Source: Eledone cirrhosa (lineage: Eukaryota). Taken from it: DNA of 64,000 bases. Location: assembly GCA_964016885.1 (NCBI GenBank), contig OZ024740.1, positions 439,332,001 to 439,396,000 of the forward strand, written 5' to 3'. Below are positions 1-15,000 of the stretch, one piece after another. The position numbers were made by a program, and so were the translations under genes. Every line of letters begins with the position of its first letter. Position 1 is the first letter of the stretch. The notes under the pieces were generated by a model. It had not been told where the DNA came from. It saw only the letters and a list, made by a program, of their open reading frames with translations, and made no database searches.

Positions 1-3000
1 CTACCCATCTTAGACACACTCACCCCAGCCACGGCTAAGAAACCACATCTAGCCATCTGAAACACACTCACCCCAGCCACGGCTAAGAAATCACATCTAG
101 CCATCTTAGACACACTCACCCCAGCCACGGCTAAGAAACCACATCTAGACATCTGAGACACACTCACTCCAACCACGGCTAAGAAACCACATCTAGCCAT
201 CTTAGACACACTCACCCCAGCCACGGCTAAGAAACCACATCTAGACATCTTAGACACACTCACCCCAGCCACGGCTAAGAAACCACATCTAGACATCTTA
301 GACACACTCACCCCAGCCACGGCTAAGAAACCACATCTAGACATCTTAGACACACTCACCCCAGCCACGGCTAAGAAACCACATCTAGACATCTTAGACA
401 CACTCACCCCAGCCACGGCTAAGAAACCACATCTACCCATCTTAGACACACTCACCCCAGCCACGGCTAAGAAACCACATCTAGCCATCTTAGACACACA
501 CACCCCAACCACGGCTAAGAAACCACATCTAGCCATCTTAGACACACTCACCCCAGCCACGGCTAAGAAACCACATCTAGCCATCTTAGACACCCTCACC
601 CCAGCCACAGCTAAGAAACCACATCTAGACATCTTAGACACACTGACCCCAGGCACGGCTAAGAAACCACATCTAGCCATCTTAGACACACACACCCCAG
701 CCACGGCTAAGAAACCACATCTAGCCATCTTAGACACACTCACCCCAGCCACGGCTAAGAAACCACATCTAGCCATCTTAGACACACTCACCCCAGCCAC
801 GGCTAAGAAAACACATTTACCCATCTTAGACACACTCACCCCAGCCACAGCTAAGAAACCACATCTAGCCATCATCTTAGACGCACTCACCCCAGCCACG
901 GCTAAGAAACCACATCTATCCATCTTAGACACACACACCCCAGCCACAGCTAAGAAACCACATCTAGCCATCTGAGACACACTCAACCCAGCCACGGCTA
1001 AGAAACCACATCTAGCCATCTTAGACACCCTCACCCCAGCCACGGCTAAGAAAACACATCTAGCCATCTTAGACACACTTACCCCAGCCACGGCGAAGAA
1101 ACCACATCTAGCCATCTGAGACACACTCACCCGAGCCACGGCTAAGAAACCACATCTAGCCATCTGAGACACACTGACCCCAGCCACGGCTAAGAAACCA
1201 CATCTAGACATCTGAGACAGACTCACCCCAGCCACAGCGAAGAAACCACATCTAGCCATCTAAGACACACTGACCCCAGCCACGGCTAAGAAACCACATC
1301 TAGACATCTGAGACAGACTCACCCCAGCCACAGCGAAGAAACCACATCTAGCCATCTGAGACACACTGACCCCAGCCACGGCTAAGAAACCACATCTAGC
1401 CATCTTAGACAAATTCACACCAGCCACGGCTAAGAAACCACATCTACCCATCTTAGACACCCTCAACCCAGCCACGGCTAAGAAACCACATCTACCCATC
1501 TTAGACACCCTCTCCCCAGCCACGGCTAAGAAACCACATCTATCCATCTTAGACACCCTCAACCCAGCCACAGCTAAGAAACCACATCTACCCATCTTAG
1601 ACACCCTCAACCCAGCCACGGCTAAGAAACCACATCTATCCATCTTAGACACCCTCAACCCAGCCACAGCTAAGAAACCACATCTACCCATCTTAGACAC
1701 CCTCTCCCCAGCCACGGCTAAGAAACCACATCTATCCATCTTAGACACCCTCAACCCAGCCACAGCTAAGAAACCACATCTACCCATCTTAGACACCCTC
1801 AACCCAGCCACGGCTAAGAAACCACATCTATCCATCTTAGACACCCTCAACCCAGCCACAGCTAAGAAACCACATCTACCCATCTTAGACACCCTCAACC
1901 CAGCCACGGCTAAGAAACCACATCTATCCATCTTAGACACCCTCAACCCAGCCACAGCTAAGAAACCACATCTACCCATCTTAGACACCCTCTCCCCAGC
2001 CACGGCTAAGAAACCACATCTATCCATCTTAGACACCCTCAACCCAGCCACAGCTAAGAAACCACATCTACCCATCTTAGACACCCTCAACCCAGCCACG
2101 GCTAAGAAACCACATCTATCCATCTTAGACACCCTCAACCCAGCCACAGCTAAGAAACCACATCTACCCATCTTAGACACCCTCTCCCCAGCCACGGCTA
2201 AGAAACCACATCTATCCATCTTAGACACCCTCAACCCAGCCACAGCTAAGAAACCACATCTACCCATCTTAGACACCCTCAACCCAGCCACGGCTAAGAA
2301 ACCACATCTATCCATCTTAGACACCCTCAACCCAGCCACAGCTAAGAAACCACATCTACCCATCTTAGACACCCTCAACCCAGCCACGGCTAAGAGACCA
2401 CATCTATCCATCTTAGACACCCTCAACCCAGCCACAGCTAAGAAACCACATCTACCCATCTTAGACACCCTCTCCCCAGCCACGGCTAAGAAACCACATC
2501 TATCCATCTTAGACACCCTCAACCCAGCCACAGCTAAGAAACCACATCTACCCATCTTAGACACCCTCAACCCAGCCACGGCTAAGAAACCACATCTATC
2601 CATCTTAGACACCCTCAACCCAGCCACAGCTAAGAAACCACATCTACCCATCTTAGACACCCTCTCCCCAGCCACGGCTAAGAAACCACATCTATCCATC
2701 TTAGACACCCTCAACCCAGCCACAGCTAAGAAACCACATCTACCCATCTTAGACACACTCACCCCAGCCACGGCTAAGAAACCACATCTATCCATCTTAG
2801 ACACACTCACCCCAGCCACGGCTAAGAAACCACATCTAGCCATCTTAGACACCCTCAACCCAGCCACAGCTAAGAAACCACATCTACCCATCTTAGACAC
2901 ACTCACCCAAGCCACAGCTAAGAAACCACATCTAGCCATCTTAGACACACTCACCCCAGCCACAGCTAAGAAACCACATCTACCCATCTTAGACACACTC

Positions 3001-6000
3001 ACCCCAGGCACGGCTAAGAAACCACATCTATCCATCTTAGACACACTCACCCCAGGCACGGCTAAGAAACCACATCTATCCATCTTTGACACACTCACCC
3101 CAGGCACAGCTAAGAAACCACATCTAGCCATCATCTTAGACGCACTCACCCCAGCCACGGCTAAGAAACCACATCTATCCATCTTAGACACACACACCCC
3201 AGCCACAGCTAAGAAACCACATCTAGCCATCTTAGACACCCTCAACCCAGCCACGGCTAAGAAACCACATCTAGCCATCTTAGACACCCTCACCCCAGAC
3301 ACGGCTAAGAAAACACATCTAGCCATCTTAGACACACTTACCCCAGCCACGGCGAAGAAACCACATCTAGCCATCTGAGACACACTCACCCGAGCCACGG
3401 CTAAGAAACCACATCTAGCCATCTGAGACACACTGACCCCAGCCACGGCTAAGAAACCACATCTAGACATCTGAGACAGACTCACCCCAGCCACAGCGAA
3501 GAAACCACATCTAGCCATCTAAGACACACTGACCCCAGCCACGGCTAAGAAACCACATCTAGACATCTGAGACAGACTCACCCCAGCCACAGCGAAGAAA
3601 CCACATCTAGCCATCTGAGACACACTGACCCCAGCCACGGCTAAGAAACCACATCTAGCCATCTTAGACAAATTCACACCAGCCACGGCTAAGAAACCAC
3701 ATCTACCCATCTTAGACACCCTCAACCCAGCCACGGCTAAGAAACCACATCTACCCATCTTAGACACCCTCTCCCCAGCCACGGCTAAGAAACCACATCT
3801 ATCCATCTTAGACACCCTCAACCCAGCCACAGCTAAGAAACCACATCTACCCATCTTAGACACCCTCAACCCAGCCACGGCTAAGAAACCACATCTATCC
3901 ATCTTAGACACCCTCAACCCAGCCACAGCTAAGAAACCACATCTACCCATCTTAGACACCCTCTCCCCAGCCACGGCTAAGAAACCACATCTATCCATCT
4001 TAGACACCCTCAACCCAGCCACAGCTAAGAAACCACATCTACCCATCTTAGACACCCTCAACCCAGCCACGGCTAAGAAACCACATCTATCCATCTTAGA
4101 CACCCTCAACCCAGCCACAGCTAAGAAACCACATCTACCCATCTTAGACACCCTCTCCCCAGCCACGGCTAAGAAACCACATCTATCCATCTTAGACACC
4201 CTCAACCCAGCCACAGCTAAGAAACCACATCTACCCATCTTAGACACCCTCAACCCAGCCACGGCTAAGAAACCACATCTATCCATCTTAGACACCCTCA
4301 ACCCAGCCACAGCTAAGAAACCACATCTACCCATCTTAGACACCCTCTCCCCAGCCACGGCTAAGAAACCACATCTATCCATCTTAGACACCCTCAACCC
4401 AGCCACAGCTAAGAAACCACATCTACCCATCTTAGACACCCTCAACCCAGCCACGGCTAAGAAACCACATCTATCCATCTTAGACACCCTCAACCCAGCC
4501 ACAGCTAAGAAACCACATCTACCCATCTTAGACACCCTCAACCCAGCCACGGCTAAGAAACCACATCTATCCATCTTAGACACCCTCAACCCAGCCACAG
4601 CTAAGAAAACACATCTACCCATCTTAGACACCCTCTCCCCAGCCACGGCTAAGAAACCACATCTATCCATCTTAGACACCCTCAACCCAGCCACAGCTAA
4701 GAAACCACATCTACCCATCTTAGACACCCTCAACCCAGCCACGGCTAAGAAACCACATCTATCCATCTTAGACACCCTCAACCCAGCCACAGCTAAGAAA
4801 CCACATCTACCCATCTTAGACACCCTCTCCCCAGCCACGGCTAAGAAACCACATCTATCCATCTTAGACACCCTCAACCCAGCCACAGCTAAGAAACCAC
4901 ATCTACCCATCTTAGACACACTCACCCCAGCCACGGCTAAGAAACCACATCTATCCATCTTAGACACACTCACCCCAGCCACGGCTAAGAAACCACATCT
5001 AGCCATCTTAGACACCCTCAACCCAGCCACAGCTAAGAAACCACATCTACCCATCTTAGACACACTCACCCAAGCCACAGCTAAGAAACCACATCTAGCC
5101 ATCTTAGACACACTCACCCCAGCCACAGCTAAGAAACCACATCTACCCATCTTAGACACACTCACCCCAGGCACGGCTAAGAAACCACATCTATCCATCT
5201 TAGACACACTCACCCCAGGCACGGCTAAGAAACCACATCTATCCATCTTTGACACACTCACCCCAGGCACAGCTAAGAAACCACATCTAGCCATCTTAGA
5301 CACACTCACCCCAGCCACAGCTAAGAAACTACATCTACCCATCTTAGACACACTCACCCCAGGCACGGCTAAGAAACCACATCTATCCATCTTAGACACA
5401 CTCACCCCAGGCACGGCTAAGAAACCACATCTATCCATCTTAGACACACTCACCCCAGGCACAGCTAAGAAACCACATCTAGCCATCTTAGACACACTCA
5501 CCCCAGCCACAGCTAAGAAACCACATCTAGACATCTGAGACACACTGACCCCAGGCACGGCTAAGAAACCACATCTAGCCATCTTAGACACACTCACCCC
5601 AGCCACGGCTAAGAAACCACATCTAGCCATCTTAGACACCCTCAACCCAGCCACAGCTAAGAAACCACATCTACCCATCTTAGACACACTCACCCCAGCC
5701 ACAGCTAAGAAACCACATCTATCCATCTTAGACATACTCACCCCAGCCACAGCTAAGAAACCACATCTAGCCATCTTAGACACACTCACCCAACCACAGC
5801 TAAGAAACCACATCTATTCATCTTTGACACACTCACACCAGCCACGGCTAAGAAACCACATCTAGCCATCTTAGACACACTCACCCCAGCCACGGCTAAG
5901 AAACCACATCTAGCCATCTTAGACACACTCACCCCAGCCACGGCTAAGAAACCACATCTAGCCATCATCTTAGACGCACTCACCCCAGCCACAGCTAAGA

Positions 6001-9000
6001 AACCACATCTATCCATCTTTGACACACTCACACCAGCCACGGCTAAGAAACCACATCTAGCCATCTTAGACACACTCACCCCAACCACGGCGAAGAAACC
6101 ACATCTAGCCATCTTAGACACACTCACCCCAGCCACGGCTAAGAAACCACATCTATCCATCTTTGACACACTCACCCCAGCCACGGCTAAGAAACCACAT
6201 CTATCCATCTTTGACACACTCACCCCAGCCACGGCTAAGAAACCACATCTAGCCATCTTAGACACACTCACCCCAGCCACGGCTAAGAAACCACATCTAG
6301 CCATCATCTTAGACGCACTCACCCCAGCCACGGCTAAGAAGCCACATCTATCCATCTTAGACACACACACCCCAGCCACAGCTAAGAAACCACATCTAGC
6401 CATCTTAGACACACTCACCCCAGCCACGGCTAAGAAACCACATCTAGCCATCATCTTAGACGCACACACCCCAGCCACGGCTAAGAAGCCACATCTATCC
6501 ATCTTAGACACACACACCCCAGCCACAGCTAAGAAACCACATCTATCCATCTTAGACACACTCACCCCAGCCACAGCTAAGAAACCACATCTATCCATCT
6601 TTGACACACTCACACCAGCCACGGCTAAGAAACCACATCTAGCCATCTTAGACACCCTCAACCCAGCCACGGCTATGAAACCATATCTACCCATCTTAGA
6701 CACACTCACACCAGCCACGGCTAAGAAACCACATCTAGCCATCTGAGACACACTGACCCCAGCCACGGCTAAGAAACCACATCTAGCCATCTTAGCCACC
6801 CTCACCCCAGCCACGGCTAAGAAACCACATCTATCCATCTTAGCCACCCTCACCCCAGCCACGGCTAAGAAACCACATCTAGCCATGTGAGACACACTCA
6901 CACCAGCCACGGCTAAGAAACCACATCTAGCCATCTGAGACACACTGACCCCAGCCACGGCTAAGAAACCACATCTATCCATCTTAGCCACCCTCACCCC
7001 AGCCACGGCTAAGAAACCACATCTAGCCATCTTAGACGCACTCACACCAGCCACGGCTAAGAAACCACATCTACCCATCTGAGACACACTGACCCCAGCC
7101 ACGGCTAAGAAACCACATCTAGCCATCTGAGACACACTGACCCCAGCAACGGCTAAGAAACCACATCTAGCCATCTGAGACACACTGACCCCATCCACGG
7201 CTAAGAAACCACATCTAGCCATCTTAGACAGACTCACCCCAGCCACGGCTAAGAAACCACATCTAGCCATCTTAGACACACTCACCCCAGCCACGGCTAA
7301 GAAACCACATCTAGCCATCTTAGACACACTCACCCCAGCCACGGCTAAGAAACCACATCTAGCCATCTTAGACACACTCACCCCAGCCACGGCTAAGAAA
7401 CCACATCTAGCCATCTTAGACACACTCACACCAGCCACAGCTAAGAAACCACATCTACCCATCTTAGACACCCTCAACCCAGCCACGGCTAAGAAACCAC
7501 ATCTAGCCATCTGAGACACACTCACCCCAGCCACAGCTAAGAAACCACATCTAGCCATCTTAGACAGACTCACCCCAGCCACGGCTAAGAAACCACATCT
7601 ACCCATCTTAGACACCCTCAACCCAGCCACGGCTAAGAAACCACATCTAGCCATCTGAGACACACTGACCCCAGCCACGGCTAAGAAACCACATCTACCC
7701 ATCTTAGACACCCTCTCCCCAGCCACGGCTAAGAAACCACATCTATCCATCTTAGACACCCTCAACCCAGCCACAGCTAAGAAACCACATCTACCCATCT
7801 TAGACACCCTCAACCCAGCCACGGCTAAGAAACCACATCTATCCATCTTAGACACCCTCAACCCAGCCACAGCTAAGAAACCACATCTACCCATCTTAGA
7901 CACCCTCTCCCCAGCCACGGCTAAGAAACCACATCTATCCATCTTAGACACCCTCAACCCAGCCACAGCTAAGAAACCACATCTACCCATCTTAGACACA
8001 CTCACCCCAGCCACGGCTAAGAAACCACATCTATCCATCTTAGACACACTCACCCCAGCCACGGCTAAGAAACCACATCTAGCCATCTTAGACACCCTCA
8101 ACCCAGCCACAGCTAAGAAACCACATCTACCCATCTTAGACACACTCACCCCAGCCACAGCTAAGAAACCACATCTAGCCATCTTAGACACACTCACCCC
8201 AGCCACAGCTAAGAAACCACATCTACCCATCTTAGACACACTCACCCCAGGCACGGCTAAGAAACCACATCTATCCATCTTAGACACACTCACCCCAGCC
8301 ACGGCTAAGAAACCACATCTAGCCATCTGAGACACACTGACCCCAGCCACGGCTAAGAAACCACATCTACCCATCTTAGACACCCTCAACCCAGCCACGG
8401 CTAAGAAACCACATCTAGCCATCTGAGACACACTCTCACCAGCCACGGCTAAGAAACCACATCTAACCATCTTAGACACACTCACCCCAGCCACGGCTAA
8501 GAAACCACATCTAGACATCTGAGACAGACTCACCCCAGCCACAGCGAAGAAACCACATCTAGCCATCTTAGACACACTCACCCCAGACACGGCTAAGAAA
8601 CCACATCTAGCCATCTGAGACACACTCACCCCAGCCACAGCTAAGAAACCACATCTACCCATCTTAGACACCCTCAACCTAGCCACGGCTAAGAAACCAC
8701 ATCTACCCATCTTAGACACCCTCAACCCAGCCACAGCTAAGAAACCACATCTACCCATCTTAGACACCCTCAACCCAGCCACGGCTAAGAAACCACATCT
8801 AGCCATCTTAGACACACTCACCCCAGCCACGGCTAAGAAACCACATCTAGCCATCTTAGACAAACTCACCCCAGCCACAGCTAAGAAACCACATCTAGCC
8901 ATCTTAGACACACTTACCCCAGCCACAGCTAAGACACCACATCAAGCCATCTTAGACACACTCACACCAGCCACGGCTAAGAAACCACATCTAGCCATCT

Positions 9001-12000
9001 TAGACACACTCACCCCAGCCACAGCTAAGAAACCACATCTACCCATCTTAGACACCCTCACCCTAGCCACGGCTAAGAAACCACATCTACCCATCTTAGA
9101 CACCCTCAACCCAGCCACAGCTAAGAAACCACATCTACCCATCTTAGACACCCTCAACCCAGCCACGGCTAAGAAACCACATCTAGCCATCTTAGACACA
9201 CTCACCCCAGCCACGGCTAAGAAACCACATCTAGCCATCTTAGACACCCTCAACCCAGCCACGGCTAAGAAACCACATCTAGCCATCTTAGACACACTCA
9301 CCCCAGCCACGGCTAAGAAACCGCATCTAGCCATCTTAGACACCCTCAACCCAGCCACGGCTAAGAAACCACATCTAGCCATCTTAGACACCCTCAACCC
9401 AGCCACGGCTAAGAAACCACATCTAGCCATCTTAGACACACTCTCCCCAGCCACGGCTAAGAAACCACATCTATCCATCTTAGACACACTCACCCCAGCC
9501 ACGGCTAAGAAACCACATCTACCCATCTTAGACACCCTCAACCCAGCCACGGCTAAGAAACCACATCTAGCCATCTTAGACACACTCACCCCAGCCACAG
9601 CTAAGAAACCACATCTATCCATCTTAGCCACCCTCAACCCAGCCACGGCTAAGAAACCACATCTAGCCATCTGAGACACACTGACCCCAGCCACGGCTAA
9701 GAAACCACATCTAGCCATCTGAGACACACTCACCCCAGCCACAGCGAAGAAACCACATCTAGCCATCTGAGACACACTCACCCCAGCCACGGCGAAGAAA
9801 CCACATCTAGCCATCTGAGACACACTGACCCCAGCCACGGCTAAGAAACCACATCTAGCCATCTTAGACACACTCACCCCAGCCACAGCTAAGAAACCAC
9901 ATCTACCCATCTTAGACACCCTCAACCCAGCCACGGCTAAGAAACCACACCTAGCCATCTGAGACACACTGACCCCAGCCACGGCTAAGAAACCACATCT
10001 AGCCATCTGAGACACACTGACCCCAGCTACGGCTAAGAAACCACATCTACCCATCTTAGACACCCTCACCCCAGCCACGGCTAAGAAACCACATCTACCC
10101 ATCTTAGACACCCTCAACCCAGCCACGGCTAAGAAACCACATCTAGCTATCTGAGACACACACACCCCAGCCACGGCGAAGAAACCACATCTAGCCATCT
10201 TAGACACACTCACCCCAGACACGGCTAAGAAACCACATCTAGCCATCTTAGACACACTCACCCCAGCCACGGCGAAGAAACCACATCTAGCCATCTTAGA
10301 TACACTCACCCCAGCCACGGCGAAGAAACCACATCTAGCCATCTTAGACACACTCACCCCAGACACGGCTAAGAAACCACATCTAGCCATCTTAGACACA
10401 CTCACCCCAGCCACGGCGAAGAAACCACATCTAGCCATCTTAGATACACTCACCCCAGCCACGGCGAAGAAACCACATCTAGCTATCTTAGATACACTCA
10501 CACCAGCCACGGCTAAGAAACCACATCTAGCCATCTGAGACACACTGACCCCAGCCACGGTTAAGAAACCACATCTAGCCATCTGAGACACACTGACCCC
10601 AGCCACGGCTAAGAAACCACATCTAGCCATCTGAGACACACTCACCCCAGCCACGGCTAAGAAACCACATCTAGCCATCTTAGACACCCTCAACCAAGCC
10701 ACGGCTAAGAAACCACATCTACCCATCTTAGACACCCTCAACCCAGCCACGGCTAAGAAACCACATCTACCCATCTTAGACACCCTCAACCCAGCCACAG
10801 CTAAGAAACCACATCTAGCCATCTTAGACACACTCACACCAGCCACGGCTAAGAAACCACATCTAGCCATCTTAGACACACTCACCCCAGCCACGGCTAA
10901 GAAACCACATCTAGCCATCTGAGACACTCTGACCCCAGCCACGGCGAAGAAACCACATCTAGCCATCTGAGACACACTGACCCCAGCCACGGCTAAGAAA
11001 CCACATCTAGCCATCTGAGACACACTCACCCCAGCCACGGCGAAGAAACCACATCTAGCCTTCTTAGACACACTCACCCCAGTCACGGCTAAGAAACCAC
11101 ATCTAGCCATCTTAGACACACTCACCCCAGCCACGTCGAAGAAACCACATCTAGCCATCTGAGACACACTCACCCCAGCCACGGCGAAGAAACCACATCT
11201 AGCCATCTTAGACACACTCACCCCAGTCACGGCTAAGAAACCACATCTAGCCATCTTAGACACACTCACCCCAGCCACGGCTAAGAAACCACATCTAGAC
11301 ATCTTAGACACACTCACCCCAGTCACGGCTAAGAAACCACATCTAGCCATCTTAGACACACTCACCCCAGCCACGGCTAAGAAACCACATCTAGACATCT
11401 TAGACACACTCACCCCAGTCACGGCTAAGAAACCACATCTACCCATCTTCGACACACTCACCCCAGCCACGGCTAAGAAACCACATCTAGACATCTTAGA
11501 CACACTCACCCCAGCCACGGCGAAGAAACCACATCTAGACATCTGAGACAGACTCACCCCAGCCACAGCGAAGAAACCACATCTAGCCATCTGAGACACA
11601 CTCACCCCAGCCACGGCGAAGAAACCACATCTAGCCATCTGAGACACACTCACCCCAGCCACGGCTAAGAAACCACATCTAGCCATCTGAGACACACTGA
11701 CCCCAGCCAAGGCTAAGAAACCACATCTAGCCTTCTTAGACACACTCACCCCAGCCACGGCTAAGAAACCACATCTAGCCATCTTAGACACACTCATCCC
11801 AGCCACGGCTAAGAAACCACATCTAGCCATCTGAGACACACTCACCCCAGCCACGGCTAAGAAACCACATCTAGCCATCTGAGACACACTCACCCCAGCC
11901 ACGGCTAAGAAACCACATCTAGCCATCTTAGACACACTCAACCCAGCCACGGCGAAGAAACCACATCTAGACATCTTAGACACACTCACCCCAGCCACGG

Positions 12001-15000
12001 CGAAGAAACCACATCTAGCCATCTGAGACACACTGACCCCAGCCAAGGCTAAGAAACCACATCTAGCCATCTGAGACACACTCACACCAGCCACGGCTAA
12101 GAAACCACATCTAGCCACCTTAGACACACTGACCCCAGCCATGGCTAAGAAACCACATCTAGCCATCTGAGACACACTGACCCCAGCCACGGCTAAGAAA
12201 CCACATCTAGACATCTGAGACAGACTCACCCCAGCCACAGCGAAGAAACCACATCTAGACATCTGAGACACACTGACCCCAGCCACGGCTAAGAAACCAC
12301 ATCTAGCCATCTGAGACACACTGACCCCAGCCACGGCTAAGAAACCACATCTAGCCATCTTAGACACACTTACCCCAGCCACAGCTAAGAAACCACATCA
12401 AGCCATCTTAGACACACTCACACCAGCCACGGCTAAGAAACCACATCTAGCCATCTTAGACACACTCACCCCAGCCACAGCTAAGAAACCACATCTACCC
12501 ATCTTAGACACCCTCAACCCAGCCACGGCTAAGAAACCACATCTACCCATCTTAGACACCCTCAACCCAGCCACAGCTAAGAAACCACATCTACCCATCT
12601 TAGACACCCTCAACCCAGCCACGGCTAAGAAACCACATCTAGCCATCTGAGACACACTGACCCCAGCCACGGCTAAGAAACCACATCTAGCCATCTGAGA
12701 CACACTGACCCCAGCCACGGCTAAGAAACCACATCTAGCCATCTGAGACACACTCACCCCAGCCACAGCTAAGAAACCACATCTACCCATCTTAGACACC
12801 CTCAACCCAGCCGCAGCTAAGAAACCACATCTACCCATCTTAGACACACTCACCCCAGCCACAGCTAAGAAACCACATCTATCCATCTTAGACACACTCA
12901 CACCAGCCACGGCTAAGAAACCACATCTAGCCATCTTAGACACACTCACCCCAGCCACGGCTAAGAAACCACATCTAGCCATCATCTTAGACGCACTCAC
13001 CCCAGCCACGGCTAAGAAACCACATCTATCCATCTTAGACACACACACCCCAGTCACAGCTAAGAAACCACATCTATCCATCTTAGACACACTCACCCCA
13101 GCCACGGCTAAGAAACCACATCTATCCATCTTAGACACACACACCCCAGTCACAGCTAAGAAACCACATCTATCCATCTTAGACACACACACCCCAGCCA
13201 CAGCTAAGAAACCACATCAAGCCATCTTAGACACACTCACACCAGCCACGGCTAAGAAACCACATCTATTCATCTTAGACACACTCACCCCAGCCACAGC
13301 TAAGAAACCACATCTAGCCATCTTAGCTACCCTCAACCCAGCCACGGCTAAGAAACCACATCTAGCCATCTGAGACACACTGACCCCAGCCACGGCTAAG
13401 AAACCACATCTAGCTATCTGAGACACACTCACCCCAGCCCCGGCGAAGAAACCACATCTAGCCATCTGAGACACACTGACCCCAGCCACGGCTAAGAAAC
13501 CACATCTAGCCATCTTAGACACACTCACCCCAGCCACAGCTAAGAAACCACATCTACCCATCTTAGACACCCTCAAACCAGCCACGGCTAAGAAACCACA
13601 TCTAGCCATCTGAGACACACTGACCCCAGCCACGGCTAAGAAACCACATCTAGCCATCTGAGACACACTCACCCCAGCCACGGCTAAGAAACCACATCTA
13701 CCCATCTTAGACACCCTCACCCCAGCCACGGCTAAGAAACCACATCTACCCATTTAGACACCCTCAACCCAGCCACGGCTAAGAAACCACATCTAGCCAT
13801 CTGAGACACACTGACCCCAGCCACGGCTAAGAAACCACATCTAGCCATCTTAGACACCCTCAACCCAGCCACGGCTAAGAAACCACATCTACCCATCTTA
13901 GACACCCTCAACCCAGCCACGGCTAAGAAACCACATCTAGCCATCTGAGACACACTCACCCCAGCCACGGCGAAGAAACCACATCTAGCCATCTTAGACA
14001 CACTCACCCCAGTCACGGCTAAGAAACCACATCTAGCCATCTGAGACACACTCACCCCAGCCACGGCGAAGAAACCACATCTAGCCATCTGAGACACACT
14101 CACCCCAGACACGGCTAAGAAACCACATCTAGCCATCTTAGACACACTCACCCCAGCCACGGCGAAGAAACCACATCTAGCCATCTTAGATACACTCACC
14201 CCAGCCACGGCGAAGAAACCACATCTAGCCATCTTAGACACACTCACCCCAGACACGGCTAAGAAACCACATCTAGCCATCTTAGACACACTCACCCCAG
14301 CCACGGCAAAGAAACCACATCTAGCCATCTTAGACTTACTCACCCCAGACACGGCTAAGAAACCACATCTAGCCATCTTAGACACACTCACCCCAGCCAC
14401 GGCAAAGAAACCACATCTAGACATCTTAGACACACTCACCCCAGCCACGGCGAAGAAACCACATCTAGACATCTGAGACAGACTCACCCCAGCCACAGCG
14501 AAGAAACCACATCTTGCCATCTGAGACACACTCACCCCAGCCACGGCGAAGAAACCACATCTAGCCATCTGAGACACACTCACCCCAGCCACGGCTAAGA
14601 AACCACATCTAGCCATCTGAGACACACTGACCCCAGCCAAGGCTAAGAAACCACATCTAGCCATCTTAGACACACTCACCCCAGCCACGGCTAAGAAACC
14701 ACATCTAGCCATCTTAGACACACTCACCCCAGCCACGGCTAAGAAACCACATCTAGCCATCTGAGACACACTCACCCCAGCCACGGCTAAGAAACCACAT
14801 CTAGCCATCTGAGACACACTCACCCCAGCCACGGCTAAGAAACCACATCTAGCCATCTTAGACACACTCACCCCAGCCACGGCGAAGAAACCACATCTAG
14901 ACATCTTAGACACACTCACCCCAGCCACGGCGAAGAAACCACATCTAGCCATCTGAGACACACTGACCCCAGCCAAGGCTAAGAAACCACATCTAGCCAT

